Numbered from the whole stretch's first letter, positions 24,968 to 37,640 are shown. The stretch: DNA of 63,949 nt, filler included, from Vicugna vicugna (GCA_013265495.1; 79 parts of 76 records of this genome joined end to end with filler, not necessarily neighbours in it), one strand, 5' to 3'. A program made the numbers and translations. The notes: generated by a model not told the origin, from the sequence alone.

Positions 24968-25408
24968 TGTTGGGTCTGTAGGCCCCTGTCTGAAGGCTCT
25001 AGAGAATAAGCCCATGGGCTGAACTGATAAACAAGCTGTGAGGATTGTCTCATATCAAGGCTGGATAAGAAATGGCCTTCTGAATGTATCCAGCATGGTT
25101 GGCTGGATAGCCTATGATGTGTAAGATCCTCAAAGGAGGACAACCTAAGACAGGCACAGCCGGCTGGATAAGTGATGGCCTACTTAATGGAGTTCCGTGA
25201 TGAACTTTAAAACAATCCTTGGTCATTTAAAAACCTGTGCTTACTGCAGGAGCATGGGGACATAAATAACAAGATTATTAACATTGTTATAACTTAGATG
25301 ATATGTGAGGCATTGTGTAAGTCCTATATAAACCCTACTTCAAAGAATCAATAAACAGAGAATTGCTTCGCTTCTTTCCAAACAGTGCTTGTGTGTATAT
25401 GATATCCT
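24968..25408 (+). mobile_element. Endogenous retrovirus LTR, truncated by the contig end
   Basis: Starts with TG; TATATAAA at 25325, AATAAA at 25350; 25118-25408 is homologous to 55753-56055 on the minus strand. Confidence 0.75.
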
Positions 25409-25508
25409 NNNNNNNNNNNNNNNNNNNNNNNNNNNNNNNNNNNNNNNNNNNNTTAATTAATTAANNNNNNNNNNNNNNNNNNNNNNNNNNNNNNNNNNNN
25501 NNNNNNNN

Positions 25509-26626
25509 CATGCGTTTCTGACTTGTGAGCATGTGGACTACAGACCTTTCACCGTCCGAACAAGGCGTATATAGACTAGGAATTATTTACTCTGACTTCA
25601 TAGGTTTTTCCTATCTCCAGGTTCTAAAATTGGACATTTGGCACCAGAAAACTCTCTTTGAGCGAATTCTCCCCAATATACATGTAATTTACATTGTTTA
25701 CATAACCATGGAATTCCGTATTACGAGCATGTTTCATGCATCACGGATTCCTCAAACATGCATTTCTGAGTTGTGAACATGCGCATGACTGATGTTTCAA
25801 CCACCAAACAAGTTACCTATGCACTCTGAANNNNNNNNNNNNNNNNNNNNNNNNNNNNNNNNNNNNNNNNNNNNNNNNNNNNNNNNNNNNNNNNNNNNNN
25901 NNNNNNNNNNNNNNNNNNNNNNNNNNNNNNNNNNNNNNNNNNNNNNNNNNNNNNNNNNNNNNNNNNNNNNNNNNNNNNNNNNNNNNNNNNNNNNNNNNNN
26001 NNNNNNNNNNNNNNNNNNNNNNNNNNNNNNNNNNNNNNNNNNNNNNNNNNNNNNNNNNNNNNNNNNNNNNNNNNNNNNNNNNNNNNNNNNNNNNNNNNNN
26101 NNNNNNNNNNNNNNNNNNNNNNNNNNNNNNNNNNNNNNNNNNNNNNNNNNNNNNNNNNNNNNNNNNNNNNNNNNNNNNNNNNNNNNNNNNNNNNNNNNNN
26201 NNNNNNNNNNNNNNNNNNNNNNNNNNNNNNNNNNNNNNNNNNNNNNNNNNNNNNNNNNNNNNNNNNNNNNNNNNNNNNNNNNNNNNNNNNNNNNNNNNNN
26301 NNNNNNNNNNNNNNNNNNNNNNNNNNNNNNNNNNNNNNNNNNNNNNNNNNNNNNNNNNNAAGGTGTATATAGACTTAGAAATATTTACTCTGACTTCATA
26401 GGTTTTTCCAGTCTCCAGGTTCCAAAATCGGACTTTTGGCACCAGAAAACACTCTTTGTGCGAATTCTCACCAATACACATGAAATTTACATTGTTTACA
26501 TAACCATGGAATTCCGTATTACGAGCATGTTTGATGCATCACTGATTCCTCAAACATGCACATCTGAGTTGTGAACATGCACATGTCTGATATTTCAACC
26601 ACCAAACAAGTTACCTATGCACTCTG
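25509..26626 (-). repeat. SatC
   Basis: The same monomer type appears on both sides of the gap (AATATTTACTCTGACTTCATAGG...CATAACCATGGAATTCCGTATTACGAGCATG). Confidence 0.92.
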
Positions 26627-26726
26627 NNNNNNNNNNNNNNNNNNNNNNNNNNNNNNNNNNNNNNNNNNNNTTAATTAATTAANNNNNNNNNNNNNNNNNN
26701 NNNNNNNNNNNNNNNNNNNNNNNNNN

Positions 26727-27206
26727 TCAGAGTCAGTCCTAGGGAAACACTCAGGGATTACAAACTAAGGGTTTTTACTAGAATCCACAAGCTTCTGTCA
26801 CCTGAAATTGCCAGCCCACACTCAGGATAGCAGAAAACTTCTTCATGTGTGTTCCGGTAGTGGGGATACACAGTCCACGCTTTTTTCATGGAGCACAGGT
26901 ATTCCCATGTTGTGGGTTTTTCGTTAATAACCTCCAAATCCCATGGAGAAGCACTCGCTAATACTTGGATTTAGAGCCCAACCCACCCGTTCCCCAGCAC
27001 TCCGTATCAGGCAACCAAACAGGGTAGACAAGTTAAGCGATTTTATAAGAACCAAGGCCCTGCTNNNNNNNNNNNNNNNNNNNNNNNNGAGGAGGCTGTC
27101 TCAGGATAACTGTGCAAGTGTTCGTGTGTGTGCTGGAGGCGTGGAAACAGACTCCACGCATATATATGGGTGCACAGGTGTTCCCAGGTTAGGGATGTAG
27201 TTTAAA
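26727..27206 (+). repeat. SatB
   Basis: CCCACACTCAGGA, GCACTCGCTAATACTTGG.TTTAGAGCCCAAC, GCACAGGTGTTCCCAGGTTAGGGATGTAGTTTAAA. Confidence 0.88.
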
Positions 27207-27306
27207 NNNNNNNNNNNNNNNNNNNNNNNNNNNNNNNNNNNNNNNNNNNNTTAATTAATTAANNNNNNNNNNNNNNNNNNNNNNNNNNNNNNNNNNNNNN
27301 NNNNNN

Positions 27307-28488
27307 GGGATGCCTGAGCTGGTCTCCCCTGAGGGTTTCCCTAATGTCTCTTTGCCAGGGAATTTTAGGGGGGGTTTGCAGTAAATCCCAGTGACAGAGG
27401 CTGCCTCCCCAAAGGTAGGGAAGGTATTTCTCAGACTTTCCCGAACAGGGAACACCTGTGACTGAAGAGAGCTGCGTGGAGTTGTCTCTCGAGCTCCCCC
27501 ACGCACTGACAATGGTTCCGGAATCCTGAGCGTGGGGAGGTTCCACCAACGGTCGGCAGCGCGTGGGTTCTAACGGGATGCCTGAGCTCGTCTCCCCTGA
27601 GTGTTTTCCTAAAGTCTCTGTGCCAGGGAATGCTAGGGGGGGTGTGCAGGAATTCCCAGTGACAGAGGCTTCTTCCCCAAGTTCAGGGAAGATATTTCTC
27701 GGACTTCCTCGAACAGGGAACACCTGTGACTGAAGAGAGCTGCGTGGAGTTGTCTCTCGAGCTCCCCCACGCACTGACAATGGTTCCGGAATCCTGAGCG
27801 TGGGGAGGTTCCACCAACGGTCGGCAGCGCGTAGGTTCTACCGGGATGCCTGAGCTGGTCTCCCCTTAGGGTTTCCCTAATGTCTCTGTGCCAGGGAATG
27901 CTAGGGGAGGTTTGCAGAAAATCCCAGTGACAGAGGCTGCCTCCCCAAGGTCAGGGAAATTATTTCTCGGTCTTCCCCGAACAGGGAACACCTGTGACTG
28001 AAGAGAGCTGCGTGGAGTTGTCTCTNNNNNNNNNNNNNNNNNNNNNNNNNNNNNNNNNNNNNNNNNNNNNNNNNNNNNNNNNNNNNNNNNNNNNNNNNNN
28101 NNNNNNNNNNNNNNNNNNNNNNNNNNNNNNNNNNNNNNNNNNNNNNNNNNNNNNNNNNNNNNNNNNNNNNNNNNNNNNNNNNNNNNNNNNNNNNNNNNNN
28201 NNNNNNNNNNNNNNNNNNNNNNNNNNTATCGGACTTCCTCGAACAGGGAACACCTGTGAGTGAAGAGAGCTGCGTGGAGTTGTCTCTCGAGCTCCCCCAC
28301 GCACTGACAATGGTTCCGGAATCCTGAGAGTGGGGAGGTTCCACCAACGGTCGGCAGCGCGTGGGTTCTAACGGTATGCCTGAGCTCGTCTCCCCTGAGG
28401 TTTTCCCTAATTTTCTGTGCCAGGGAATGCAAGGGGGAGTTTTCAGGAAATCCCAATGACAGAGGCTGCCTCCCCAAGGTCAGGGAAG
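27307..28488 (-). repeat. SatA
   Basis: AACACCTGTGACTG at 27451, 27719 and 27987 (period 268). Confidence 0.95.
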
Positions 28489-28588
28489 NNNNNNNNNNNN
28501 NNNNNNNNNNNNNNNNNNNNNNNNNNNNNNNNTTAATTAATTAANNNNNNNNNNNNNNNNNNNNNNNNNNNNNNNNNNNNNNNNNNNN

Positions 28589-29036
28589 AAGGTAATCAAC
28601 AGGCACATGAAAATGGTCAACATCACTAACCATGAGAAAAAATCAAGAACATAACTCAATGAGATATTATGCCACTTCTGTCAGAATGACTATGATCAAA
28701 AAGGTAACAAACATAAATATTGGTGAGGATGTAAGAAAAAGCACCCTGCTGCACTGCTTGAGTGAATGTAAATTTGTGCTGCTTCTGTGGAAAACAGTAT
28801 GGAGTTTTATCTAAAAATTAAAAATAAAATATGAACCAATATTTCCATAACTAGATACTTATTCCTAGAAAATAAAAACACAAATCAGAAAAGATAAATT
28901 CAACGCTATTTTATTTCATTCACTGTGGCATTATTTACAATAGGCAGGCTATAAAAGAAAATTAATTGCTTTACAATAGATGATGGATAAAGAAGATGTG
29001 TGTTTATATTATATAAATCTACCCATCTATTAACTA
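28589..29036 (+). mobile_element. Older LINE-1 ORF2 3' end fragment
   Basis: CAACAGGCACATGAAAA..TCAACATCACTAA, TTGGTGAGGATGT, TGTGGAAAACAGTATGGAG, GATGGATAAAGAAGATGTG. Confidence 0.85.
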
Positions 29037-29136
29037 NNNNNNNNNNNNNNNNNNNNNNNNNNNNNNNNNNNNNNNNNNNNTTAATTAATTAANNNNNNNN
29101 NNNNNNNNNNNNNNNNNNNNNNNNNNNNNNNNNNNN

Positions 29137-30131
29137 TCGGAGCCCGGAATGCCATGTTGATGAATTCATGTAAATTCCATATCTAGTAGGTGGAAATAGC
29201 TCCAGAACAATTTTTCTGTGAAAAATGCACAAATTCGAAACTGCTGTTAGGAAAGCTTGTGAAAATGAGAACACGTGTCTAGATGAAAATATTCCTTTTT
29301 TAGAGGATGAAAGATCAGTAATCCACATGCTCTCAACTCAGGAATGCATGTTTGTCGAACCCGTCATGCATATAGCATGTACGGAACACAAAATATCACG
29401 TCGAGGCAATCTATTCAAATTACATATCTCTAGGGTAGAATTCACTTCGAGAGGGTTTTTCTGGGATCAAAATGTGATTTTTGAAACTTGTGATAGGAAG
29501 AAGCTCCGAAGTCCAAGTAAATATTTGAAAGTGCATACGTAAATTGTTTGCTGTTTGAAACATCATTCATGCGCATGTTCACAGCTCAGAAATGCATGTT
29601 TGAGGAATCCGTGAGAATGAAACATGTTCAGTATACGGAATGCCATCGTTAGGTAAACAATGTAAATTACATGTGTTTTGGTGAGAATCGCTATATATAT
29701 GCCTTGTGATTGAAAGGTCAGTAATCCAAATGCTCACAACTCAGAAACTCATGTTTCTCGAATCCGTCATGCATGTATCATGTATGGAACCCGGGATGCC
29801 ATGTTGATGGAATTCAATTCNNNNNNNNNNNNNNNNNNNNNNNNNNNNNNNNNNNNNNNNNNNNNNNNNNNNNNNNNNNNNNNNNNNNNNNNNNNNNNNN
29901 NNNNNNNNNNNNNNNNNNNNNNNNNNNNNNNNNNNNNNNNNNNNNNNNNNNNNNNNNNNNNNNNNNNNNNNNNNNNNNNNNNNNNNNNNNNNNNNNNNNN
30001 NNATGTAGCATGAAAACCGAATACCATGTTGAAAGAATCTATTCAAATTACATATCTCTAGGGTAGAATTCGCTCCAAGAGGGTTTTTCTGAGATCAAGT
30101 GTGATTCTTGAAACTGGTGATATGATAGGAA
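29137..30131 (+). repeat. SatC
   Basis: Monomer order a-b-c as at 61372-62284; the c monomer has an internal deletion near 29690. Confidence 0.92.
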
Positions 30132-30231
30132 NNNNNNNNNNNNNNNNNNNNNNNNNNNNNNNNNNNNNNNNNNNNTTAATTAATTAANNNNNNNNNNNNN
30201 NNNNNNNNNNNNNNNNNNNNNNNNNNNNNNN

Positions 30232-30547
30232 ACCTGCCCTCAGACCGTGGCCTGCTCCCAGGGGGCGGGTGCGGTGCGGTCTCCGGGCCGCGGCGGCTGC
30301 GGCCGCGGGGGCATGGGGGCTGCCCCATGCGAGCCCCTGGATGTGTATGTACCCTATTCCCCCGCGGCCTGGGTTCGGGCGGTCTGTGTTTCCCCATGTT
30401 CGCGGGGTGCACGTGTGGCAGGCAGCCTTCTCCTGGGAGGCGGGTGCGGTGCTGTCAGGTTGCGGGGGGTTTGGGGGGGCGGCGGCCTGTGCCTCCACTG
30501 CCGGGAAAGGGGTCTGCCCCTGCCAGCCTGTTGATTTGCTCCCATCT
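30232..30547. promoter_or_regulatory. GC/CpG-rich island fragment
   Basis: Dense CpG, GC boxes (GGGGGCGGG at ~30261); associated gene not identifiable. Confidence 0.5.
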
Positions 30548-30647
30548 NNNNNNNNNNNNNNNNNNNNNNNNNNNNNNNNNNNNNNNNNNNNTTAATTAAT
30601 TAANNNNNNNNNNNNNNNNNNNNNNNNNNNNNNNNNNNNNNNNNNNN

Positions 30648-31665
30648 GTCTCTGTGCCAGGGAATGCTAGGGGGGTTTCCAGGATTTCCCAGAGACAGAG
30701 GATGCCTCTCCAAGGTCAGGGAATTTATTTCTCCGAATTCCAAGGACAGGGAACACCTGTGACTGAAGAGGGCTGCGTGGAGTTGTCTCTCGAGCTCCCC
30801 CAAGCACTGAAAATGGTTCCGGAATCCTGAGCGTGGGGAGGTTCCACCAACGGTCGGCAGCGCGTGTGTTCTAACGGAATGCGTAATCTCGTCTCCCCTG
30901 AGGGTTTTCCTAATGTCTCTGGGCCAGGGAATACTAGGGGTGATTNNNNNNNNNNNNNNNNNNNNNNNNNNNNNNNNNNNNNNNNNNNNNNNNNNNNNNN
31001 NNNNNNNNNNNNNNNNNNNNNNNNNNNNNNNNNNNNNNNNNNNNNNNNNNNNNNNNNNNNNNNNNNNNNNNNNNNNNNNNNNNNNNNNNNNNNNNNNNNN
31101 NNNNNNNNNNNNNNNNNNNNNNNNNNNNNNNNNNNNNNNNNNNNNNNNNNNNNNNNNNNNNNNNNNNNNNNNNNNNNNNNNNTGATTGCAGGATTTCCCA
31201 GTGACCGAGGCTGCCTCCCCAAGGTCAGGGAAGGTATTTCTCGGACTTCCCCGAACAGGGAGCACCTGTGACTGAAGAGAGCTGCGTGGATTTGTCTCTC
31301 GAGCTCCCCCACGCACTGACATTTGTTTCGGAATCCTGAGCGTGGGGATTTTCCACCAACGGTCGGCAGCTCGTGGGTTCAAACGGAATGCATAATCTTG
31401 TCTCCCCTGAGTGTTTTCATAATGTCTCTGTGCCAGGGAATGCTTGGGGTGATTGCAGGATATCCCAGTGTTCGAGGCTGCCTCCCCAAAGTCAGGGAAT
31501 GTATTTCTCGGACTTCCCCGAACAGTGAACACCTGTGACAGAAGAGATCTGCGTGGAGTTGTCCCTCGAGCTCCAGAATGCACTGACAATGTTTCCGGAA
31601 TCGTGAGCTTGGGGAGGTTGCACCAAAGTTCGTCAGCGCGTTGGTTCAAACAGAATGCCTAAGCT
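30648..31665 (-). repeat. SatA
   Basis: SatA consensus motifs in reverse complement. Confidence 0.95.
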
Positions 31666-31765
31666 NNNNNNNNNNNNNNNNNNNNNNNNNNNNNNNNNNN
31701 NNNNNNNNNTTAATTAATTAANNNNNNNNNNNNNNNNNNNNNNNNNNNNNNNNNNNNNNNNNNNN

Positions 31766-32400
31766 TGATGTCGTGATTGTCCGCACCCCGTGTGCCGGCC
31801 GTGCACCCCTTCGCAGCTTACCACCCGACCTAGACGTTCGCAGCCGCGGCCTTGGCCTAGGACCCTCGACCCTGATTCCAGCGCAGACCCCGACCCCCGC
31901 CAAGCCGCCCCGTCTTCTGCGCGCCAGGAACTGGGGCAGGGCCTGGCCGCTCTTGCTGGGGCTTTGCTCCCGCAGCTTCCAGGTCGGCCCTCGCTCAGCG
32001 CGGGGAGTCGGGGAGGGGCTCAGGGCGTGGGGGCCGCGCCCCTCCGGGGCCCTTCGTGACCCCCAGGACGGGAACTTGAGCCCCCGCCCCAGGGTGCACC
32101 CCTCGCGGCCTTCCCTTGAAAGCCGCCAATTCCTTCAGATGTTCAAGGCGGTTGCGCCCATGGTCGGGAAGTCGGTTGGTAGTGGCGTGTGTGCAGAAAC
32201 CCTGTATCATTGTCTCTCTTCAGCCCTTCACCTTTGTTTCCCGCTGAAGGCTTAGCATCAGCACCTTCCGCGGTGCCAGTGGTTCTCTCCTGAGAAAGCG
32301 TTCTTGAAAGCATGAAGTGGCAGCAGTGTTGGTGTGGAAAGTTTCAAACCTGAAGTTCCTAAATGGATTCTGCTATGGTACTGTTCGCAGTTCAGGAAGG
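31766..32400. promoter_or_regulatory. CpG island with a putative noncoding/5'UTR exon at 32224-32400 (+)
   Basis: CpG-dense 31766-32200; acceptor TGTCTCTCTTCAG ends at 32223; donor AGG|GTAAGT at 32400/32401. Confidence 0.5.
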
Positions 32401-33353
32401 GTAAGTCAGCATCGCTGTCTTGATTTCTTCAAGGGTCATTTGTTTTTTGACCTCAGTTGACGCTTCCCCCTTCCACCGCCCCGCTTTGAGCCCGACTTAA
32501 CTTTCCTATCAGCAGATAGGCATCTAGATGTCTTAGCAAAAAGACTGCGGGCTTTTCCTTCGAATTCTTGAGCTCTCAGTGTGTATGCAGCCCAAATGGA
32601 TATTTTGGAGAAGCAAGTGCAGGCTCCCGGGGCTGGCTTGAGATCCCTCNNNNNNNNNNNNNNNNNNNNNNNNNNNNNNNNNNNNNNNNNNNNTTAATTA
32701 ATTAANNNNNNNNNNNNNNNNNNNNNNNNNNNNNNNNNNNNNNNNNNNNGGAACCATGATTATTCAAAAGAAAATACTAAAGGTGATGTCAAGGTTCATT
32801 GAGAATGCATCGACCCAGTATCGCGGCTTGCATGTACTCAGCACACTTGTATTCGGAAATCAGAAGCGTGCATTCATATTCGTAAATTTTGATTCATAAG
32901 AGCATATCGTGACCTAACACAAATGCNNNNNNNNNNNNNNNNNNNNNNNNNNNNNNNNNNNNNNNNNNNNNNNNNNNNNNNNNNNNNNNNNNNNNNNNNN
33001 NNNNNNNNNNNNNNNNNNNNNNNNNNNNNNNNNNNNNNNNNNNNNNNNNNNNNNNNNNNNNNNNNNNNNNNNNNNNNNNNNNNNNNNNNNNNNNNNNNNN
33101 NNNNNNNNNNNNNNNNNNNNNNNNNNNNNNNNNNNNNNNNNNNNNNNNNNNNNNNNNNNNNNNNNNNNNNNNNNNNNNNNNNNNNNNNNNNNNNNNNNNN
33201 NNNNNNNNNNNNNNNNNNNNNNNNNNNNNNNNNNNNNNNNNNNNNNNNNNNNNNNNNNNNNNNNNNNNNNNNNNNNNNNNNNNNNNNNNNNNNNNNNNNN
33301 NNNNNNNNNNNNNNNNNNNNNNNNNNNNNNNNNNNNNNNNNNNNNNNNNNNNN

Positions 33354-33584
33354 TGAACAAAAGGAAAGAGGGAAGAAGAAAGGCCCATGGGACGCTAGTG
33401 GGTAGAATCACATTTACCTTAGGAACCTCTCGTCGGATGCAGCCCCTCCCCCATCACTGACAAGATGCAGCAGCCATTGGGGATTGCAGTTACTGGTTGG
33501 ATTCCAGGTGGAATGTTGGTGTGTACCGCTAGGCTTGTAGCTGTTGGATCCTAGGAAACCGGGCAGAGTTCTGTGGGTGGATCA
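33354..33584. repeat. Multicopy segment, copy 2 (paralog of 12376-12610)
   Basis: Direct colinear similarity. Confidence 0.9.
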
Positions 33585-33690
33585 NNNNNNNNNNNNNNNN
33601 NNNNNNNNNNNNNNNNNNNNNNNNNNNNTTAATTAATTAANNNNNNNNNNNNNNNNNNNNNNNNNNNNNNNNNNNNNNNNNNNNTAATAG

Positions 33691-34236
33691 TTGGAGACAG
33701 GCAATCTGTCATTTCTTTTTCTTTTCTTTGGTTTCTTTTCTTTATTTTTTTTGAATGTTCTATTCCCCATTGTAAGGTCGGGTTCCCAGAATAAATTTGT
33801 TGGTAAGATTTCCCACAGGGACAACTTGGTGGCATGAAGTCTTTGTCACTACCACTGCTGGAAGATTCTCTGTCACCCGAGAAAGCTGTTATGAGCCAGG
33901 AGGATGGTCCGAATTCTCGAGTTGAAAGGTTCCTCATAAGAGTTTTACTTTTATCCTGAAAAATTCAATGGTTGTAACCAAATTGATGAAAATATTAGAC
34001 CAGCCTCTTACCTAAAAGTCCTGAACCCAGTGTTTTTCAACTTGGACCCACTCGGGATGTCTCCCCTGGATGAGTATTTTCCTCATATATTTCCACCAGC
34101 CCCACTTTGGACATCTCCTCAAGGTGGGTATTTCCTGTTAACTTTCAACCAGGCCCCACCCAGTATGTCTCCACTGGGTGGGTAATTAACCCCAATTTCT
34201 TTCAACTAGAGGGCCACGTACCTGGATACACCGCCA
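33691..34236. repeat. Multicopy segment, copy 2 (paralog of 15992-16540), with an internal ~55-bp degenerate tandem repeat
   Basis: Colinear similarity; TTC(A/C)AC..CCCAC units start at 34036, 34091, 34144 and 34201. Confidence 0.88.
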
Positions 34237-34340
34237 GATANNNNNNNNNNNNNNNNNNNNNNNNNNNNNNNNNNNNNNNNNNNNTTAATTAATTAANNNN
34301 NNNNNNNNNNNNNNNNNNNNNNNNNNNNNNNNNNNNNNNN

Positions 34341-35166
34341 GGAGTTGTCTCTCGAGCTCTCCAACGCACTGACAATGTTTCCGGATTCCTGAGCGTGGGG
34401 AGGTTATACCATCGGTCGGTAGCACGTGGGTTCTAACGGAAGGCCTAAGCTCGTCTACGCTGAGGGTTTTCCTAATGTCTCTGTGCCAGGGAATACTTCG
34501 GGTGATTGCAGGATATCCCAGTGACCGAGGTTGCCTCCCAAGTTCAGGGAAGTTATTTCCCGGAATTCCCCGAACAGGGAACACCTGTGACTGATGAGAG
34601 CTGCGTGGAGTTGTCTCGCGAGTTCCCTCACGCACTGACAATGGTTCCGGATTCCTGAGCGTGGGGAGGTTCCACCGACTGTCGGCAGCGCGTGGGTTCT
34701 AACGAAATGCCTAAAATAAACTCGTCTCCCCTGAGGGTTTTCCTAATGTCTCTGTGCCAGGGAATGCTAGGGGTGATTGCAGACTATCCCAGTGACGGAG
34801 GCTGCCTCCCAAGTTCAGTGAAGTTATTTCCCGGACTTCCCCGAACAGGGAAAAACTGTGACTGAAGGAAGATGCGTGGAGTTGTCTCTCGAGCTCCCCC
34901 ACGCACTGAAATTGGTTCCGGAATCCTGAGCGTGGGGAGGTTCCACCAAATGTCGGCAGCGTGTGGGTTCAAACGGAATGCCTAAGCTCGTCTCCCCTGT
35001 GGTTTTTCCTAATGTCTCTCTCTCAGGGAATGCTAGGGGTGATTGCAGGATATCCCAGTGACCGAGGCTGCCTCCTCAATGTCAGGGAAGGTATTTCTCG
35101 GACTTCTCCGAACAGAGGACACTGTGAATGGAGAGAGCTGCGTGGAGTTGTCTCTCGAGCTCCCCC
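34341..35166 (-). repeat. SatA, about 3 monomers
   Basis: SatA motifs repeated at ~266-bp spacing. Confidence 0.95.
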
Positions 35167-35266
35167 NNNNNNNNNNNNNNNNNNNNNNNNNNNNNNNNNN
35201 NNNNNNNNNNTTAATTAATTAANNNNNNNNNNNNNNNNNNNNNNNNNNNNNNNNNNNNNNNNNNNN

Positions 35267-35992
35267 GAAAAGGAAACCCTCCTACAATGTTGGTGGGAAT
35301 GTAGTTTGGTGTAGCCACTGTGGAAAACATTATGGAGATTCCTCAAAAGACAAAAAAAAAAAAACTTATCACCTAATCCAGCAATCCCACACCTGGGCAT
35401 ATATAGAGAGGGGACCTTAATTCCAAAAGATACCTGCACCTCAATGTTCACAGGAGCACTGTTTAAAATGGCCAAGATATAGAAGCAACCTAAACGTCCA
35501 CTGGCAGATGACTGGATAAAGATGTGGTATTTAGATATAACAGAATATTACTCAGTCGTAACAAAGAAGGAAATAAGGCCATTCACAGCAACTTGGAGGG
35601 AACTGGAGATTATCTCACTAAGTGAAATAAGTCAGACAAAGACAAGTATCATATATCATATGATATAATTTATATGTGGAATTTTAAAAAATGATACAAA
35701 TGAACTTATTTATAAAACAAAAACAGACTCACAGACTTATAAATCAAACAGGAGTTTGGGATTAACAGTAAAATTTAGTATACGTAAAACAGACAAACGA
35801 CAAGGATTCACTGTAGAACACAGGGAACAATATTCAGTATCTTGAAACCTATAATGGAAAAGAACCTGAAAAAGAATAGAATATGTATATGTACAACTGA
35901 ATCACTATGCTGTATACCTGAAACTAACAAAATAGCTGTATATCTGAAACTAACAAAACATTGTAAATCAACCACATTTCAATTTAAAAAAA
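35267..35992 (+). mobile_element. LINE-1 3' end (ORF2 end plus 3'UTR, L1MA9/artiodactyl type)
   Basis: CTACAATGTTGGTGGGAATGTAG, CCAGCAATCCCACACCTGGG, CTAAGTGAAATAAGTCAGAC, CACAGGGAAC.ATATTCA, ACATTGTAAATCAAC...AATTTAAAAAA. Confidence 0.92.
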
Positions 35993-36197
35993 TTGATAAG
36001 CTCTAAATACCTTTATTCAAAGATAATCTTGAAGTCTTCCCTCTTACAAAAGTTAAAATGTGTAGCTTGAGCAGGACCAAATTATACTGGATGGGCANNN
36101 NNNNNNNNNNNNNNNNNNNNNNNNNNNNNNNNNNNNNNNNNTTAATTAATTAANNNNNNNNNNNNNNNNNNNNNNNNNNNNNNNNNNNNNNNNNNNN

Positions 36198-37048
36198 GCA
36201 TGCCATCTGGGAAGACAAGGTAAGGGATACTATTAGAACCCACGCGCTGCTATCATTTGGAAGAACCTCCCCTCAATCAGCATACCTTAAAAAGGCTGTG
36301 TGTTGTACTGGATGTGGGGAAATAGAGTCCACGCATAATTATGGGGGCAGAGTTGTTCACAGGTTAGGGATGTTATTTAACACCTTTAATGCCCATAGAG
36401 ATGCACTCGATATTACATGTTTTTAGAGCCCAACCCCCAACATTGCTCAAACGCGGCCTAGGAAGACACTCAGGGAAGTCAAGCTGAGGGATACTTTAAT
36501 ATCCCAGGTGCTGCTGTAAGTTGGAGGATCCTCCCCACATTCAAGACACGAGAACAATTCTTCGTCAGTTTGCTGGAGGTGTGAAAACAGAACCCACGCA
36601 TATTACTTTGGGCACCGGTATTCGCAGATTGAGGGTTGTAGGTAAAACACCTGCATAGCACATGGAGATGAACTCGCTAATACTTGGTTTAAGAGCCCAA
36701 ACCTCACCTGCCTCCACCCTCAGGCCTAGGCAAACCATGCAGAAATCAAGCTAAGGGATTACTTTAGAACTCACGGAATGCTCTCAGTTGGAGGAACTTC
36801 CCCCACTCAGGATTCCAGAACCCAACTTTGTGTGGGGGAGGTGTGAATCCACACCCCACGCAGATGAATGGGGGAGAGGAACTTCCCCCACTCAGGTTTC
36901 CAGAAACCAACTTTGTGTGTTGGAGGTGTGGATCCCCACCCCACGCAGATGAATGGGGGCACAGCTCTTCCCCATTTGGGAGAAGCGTTTTAAGCACTTC
37001 CTCAGTCCATTTGTGAGCACACGCAGCTAATTGAACTCCAAGAGTAAC
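36198..37048 (+). repeat. SatB with an internal 85-bp tandem duplication (36791-36960)
   Basis: SatB motifs; GAGGAACTTCCCCCACTCAGG...CAGATGAATGGGGG at 36791 and 36876. Confidence 0.9.
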
Positions 37049-37289
37049 NNNNNNNNNNNNNNNNNNNNNNNNNNNNNNNNNNNNNNNNNNNNTTAATTAA
37101 TTAANNNNNNNNNNNNNNNNNNNNNNNNNNNNNNNNNNNNNNNNNNNNGGTGACCACAGCCGGTTAGCCTGTGCTGATCAAAAGAAAGATCCCCCATGGG
37201 GTTTTGATGTGTCAGGGGATTGCTAATACCTGGCCTGCATTGAATCGTTTCATCCTGACAGCAGCCTGGGAAGTGGAAGTTTCATCTCC

Positions 37290-37540
37290 CAATTTTATTT
37301 CAACTTTTTTTGTTGAAAGTATAGTTCCTTCACAATATTGTGTTAATTCTTGGTGTACAGCATAGTGATTCACTTATACATACATATATATATTCACTTA
37401 TACATACACATATACACATATACATATATATATTATACACACATACATATATTTTTTTCTTCTCATATACATTTCCACTATAGGCTATTAAAAGATATTG
37501 AATGTAGTTCCCTGTGCTATACAGTAGGATCTTGTTGTTT
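37290..37540 (-). mobile_element. LINE-1 3'UTR end with a TA/CA-rich microsatellite
   Basis: TTGAAAGTATAGTT...TGGTGTACAGCATAGTGATTCA...GATATTGAATGTAGTTCCCTGTGCTATACAGTAGG. Confidence 0.88.
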
Positions 37541-37640
37541 NNNNNNNNNNNNNNNNNNNNNNNNNNNNNNNNNNNNNNNNNNNNTTAATTAATTAANNNN
37601 NNNNNNNNNNNNNNNNNNNNNNNNNNNNNNNNNNNNNNNN

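Noticed and set aside
30232..30547. rDNA or spacer fragment
   Set aside because: GC-rich, but no recognisable 18S, 5.8S or 28S sequence
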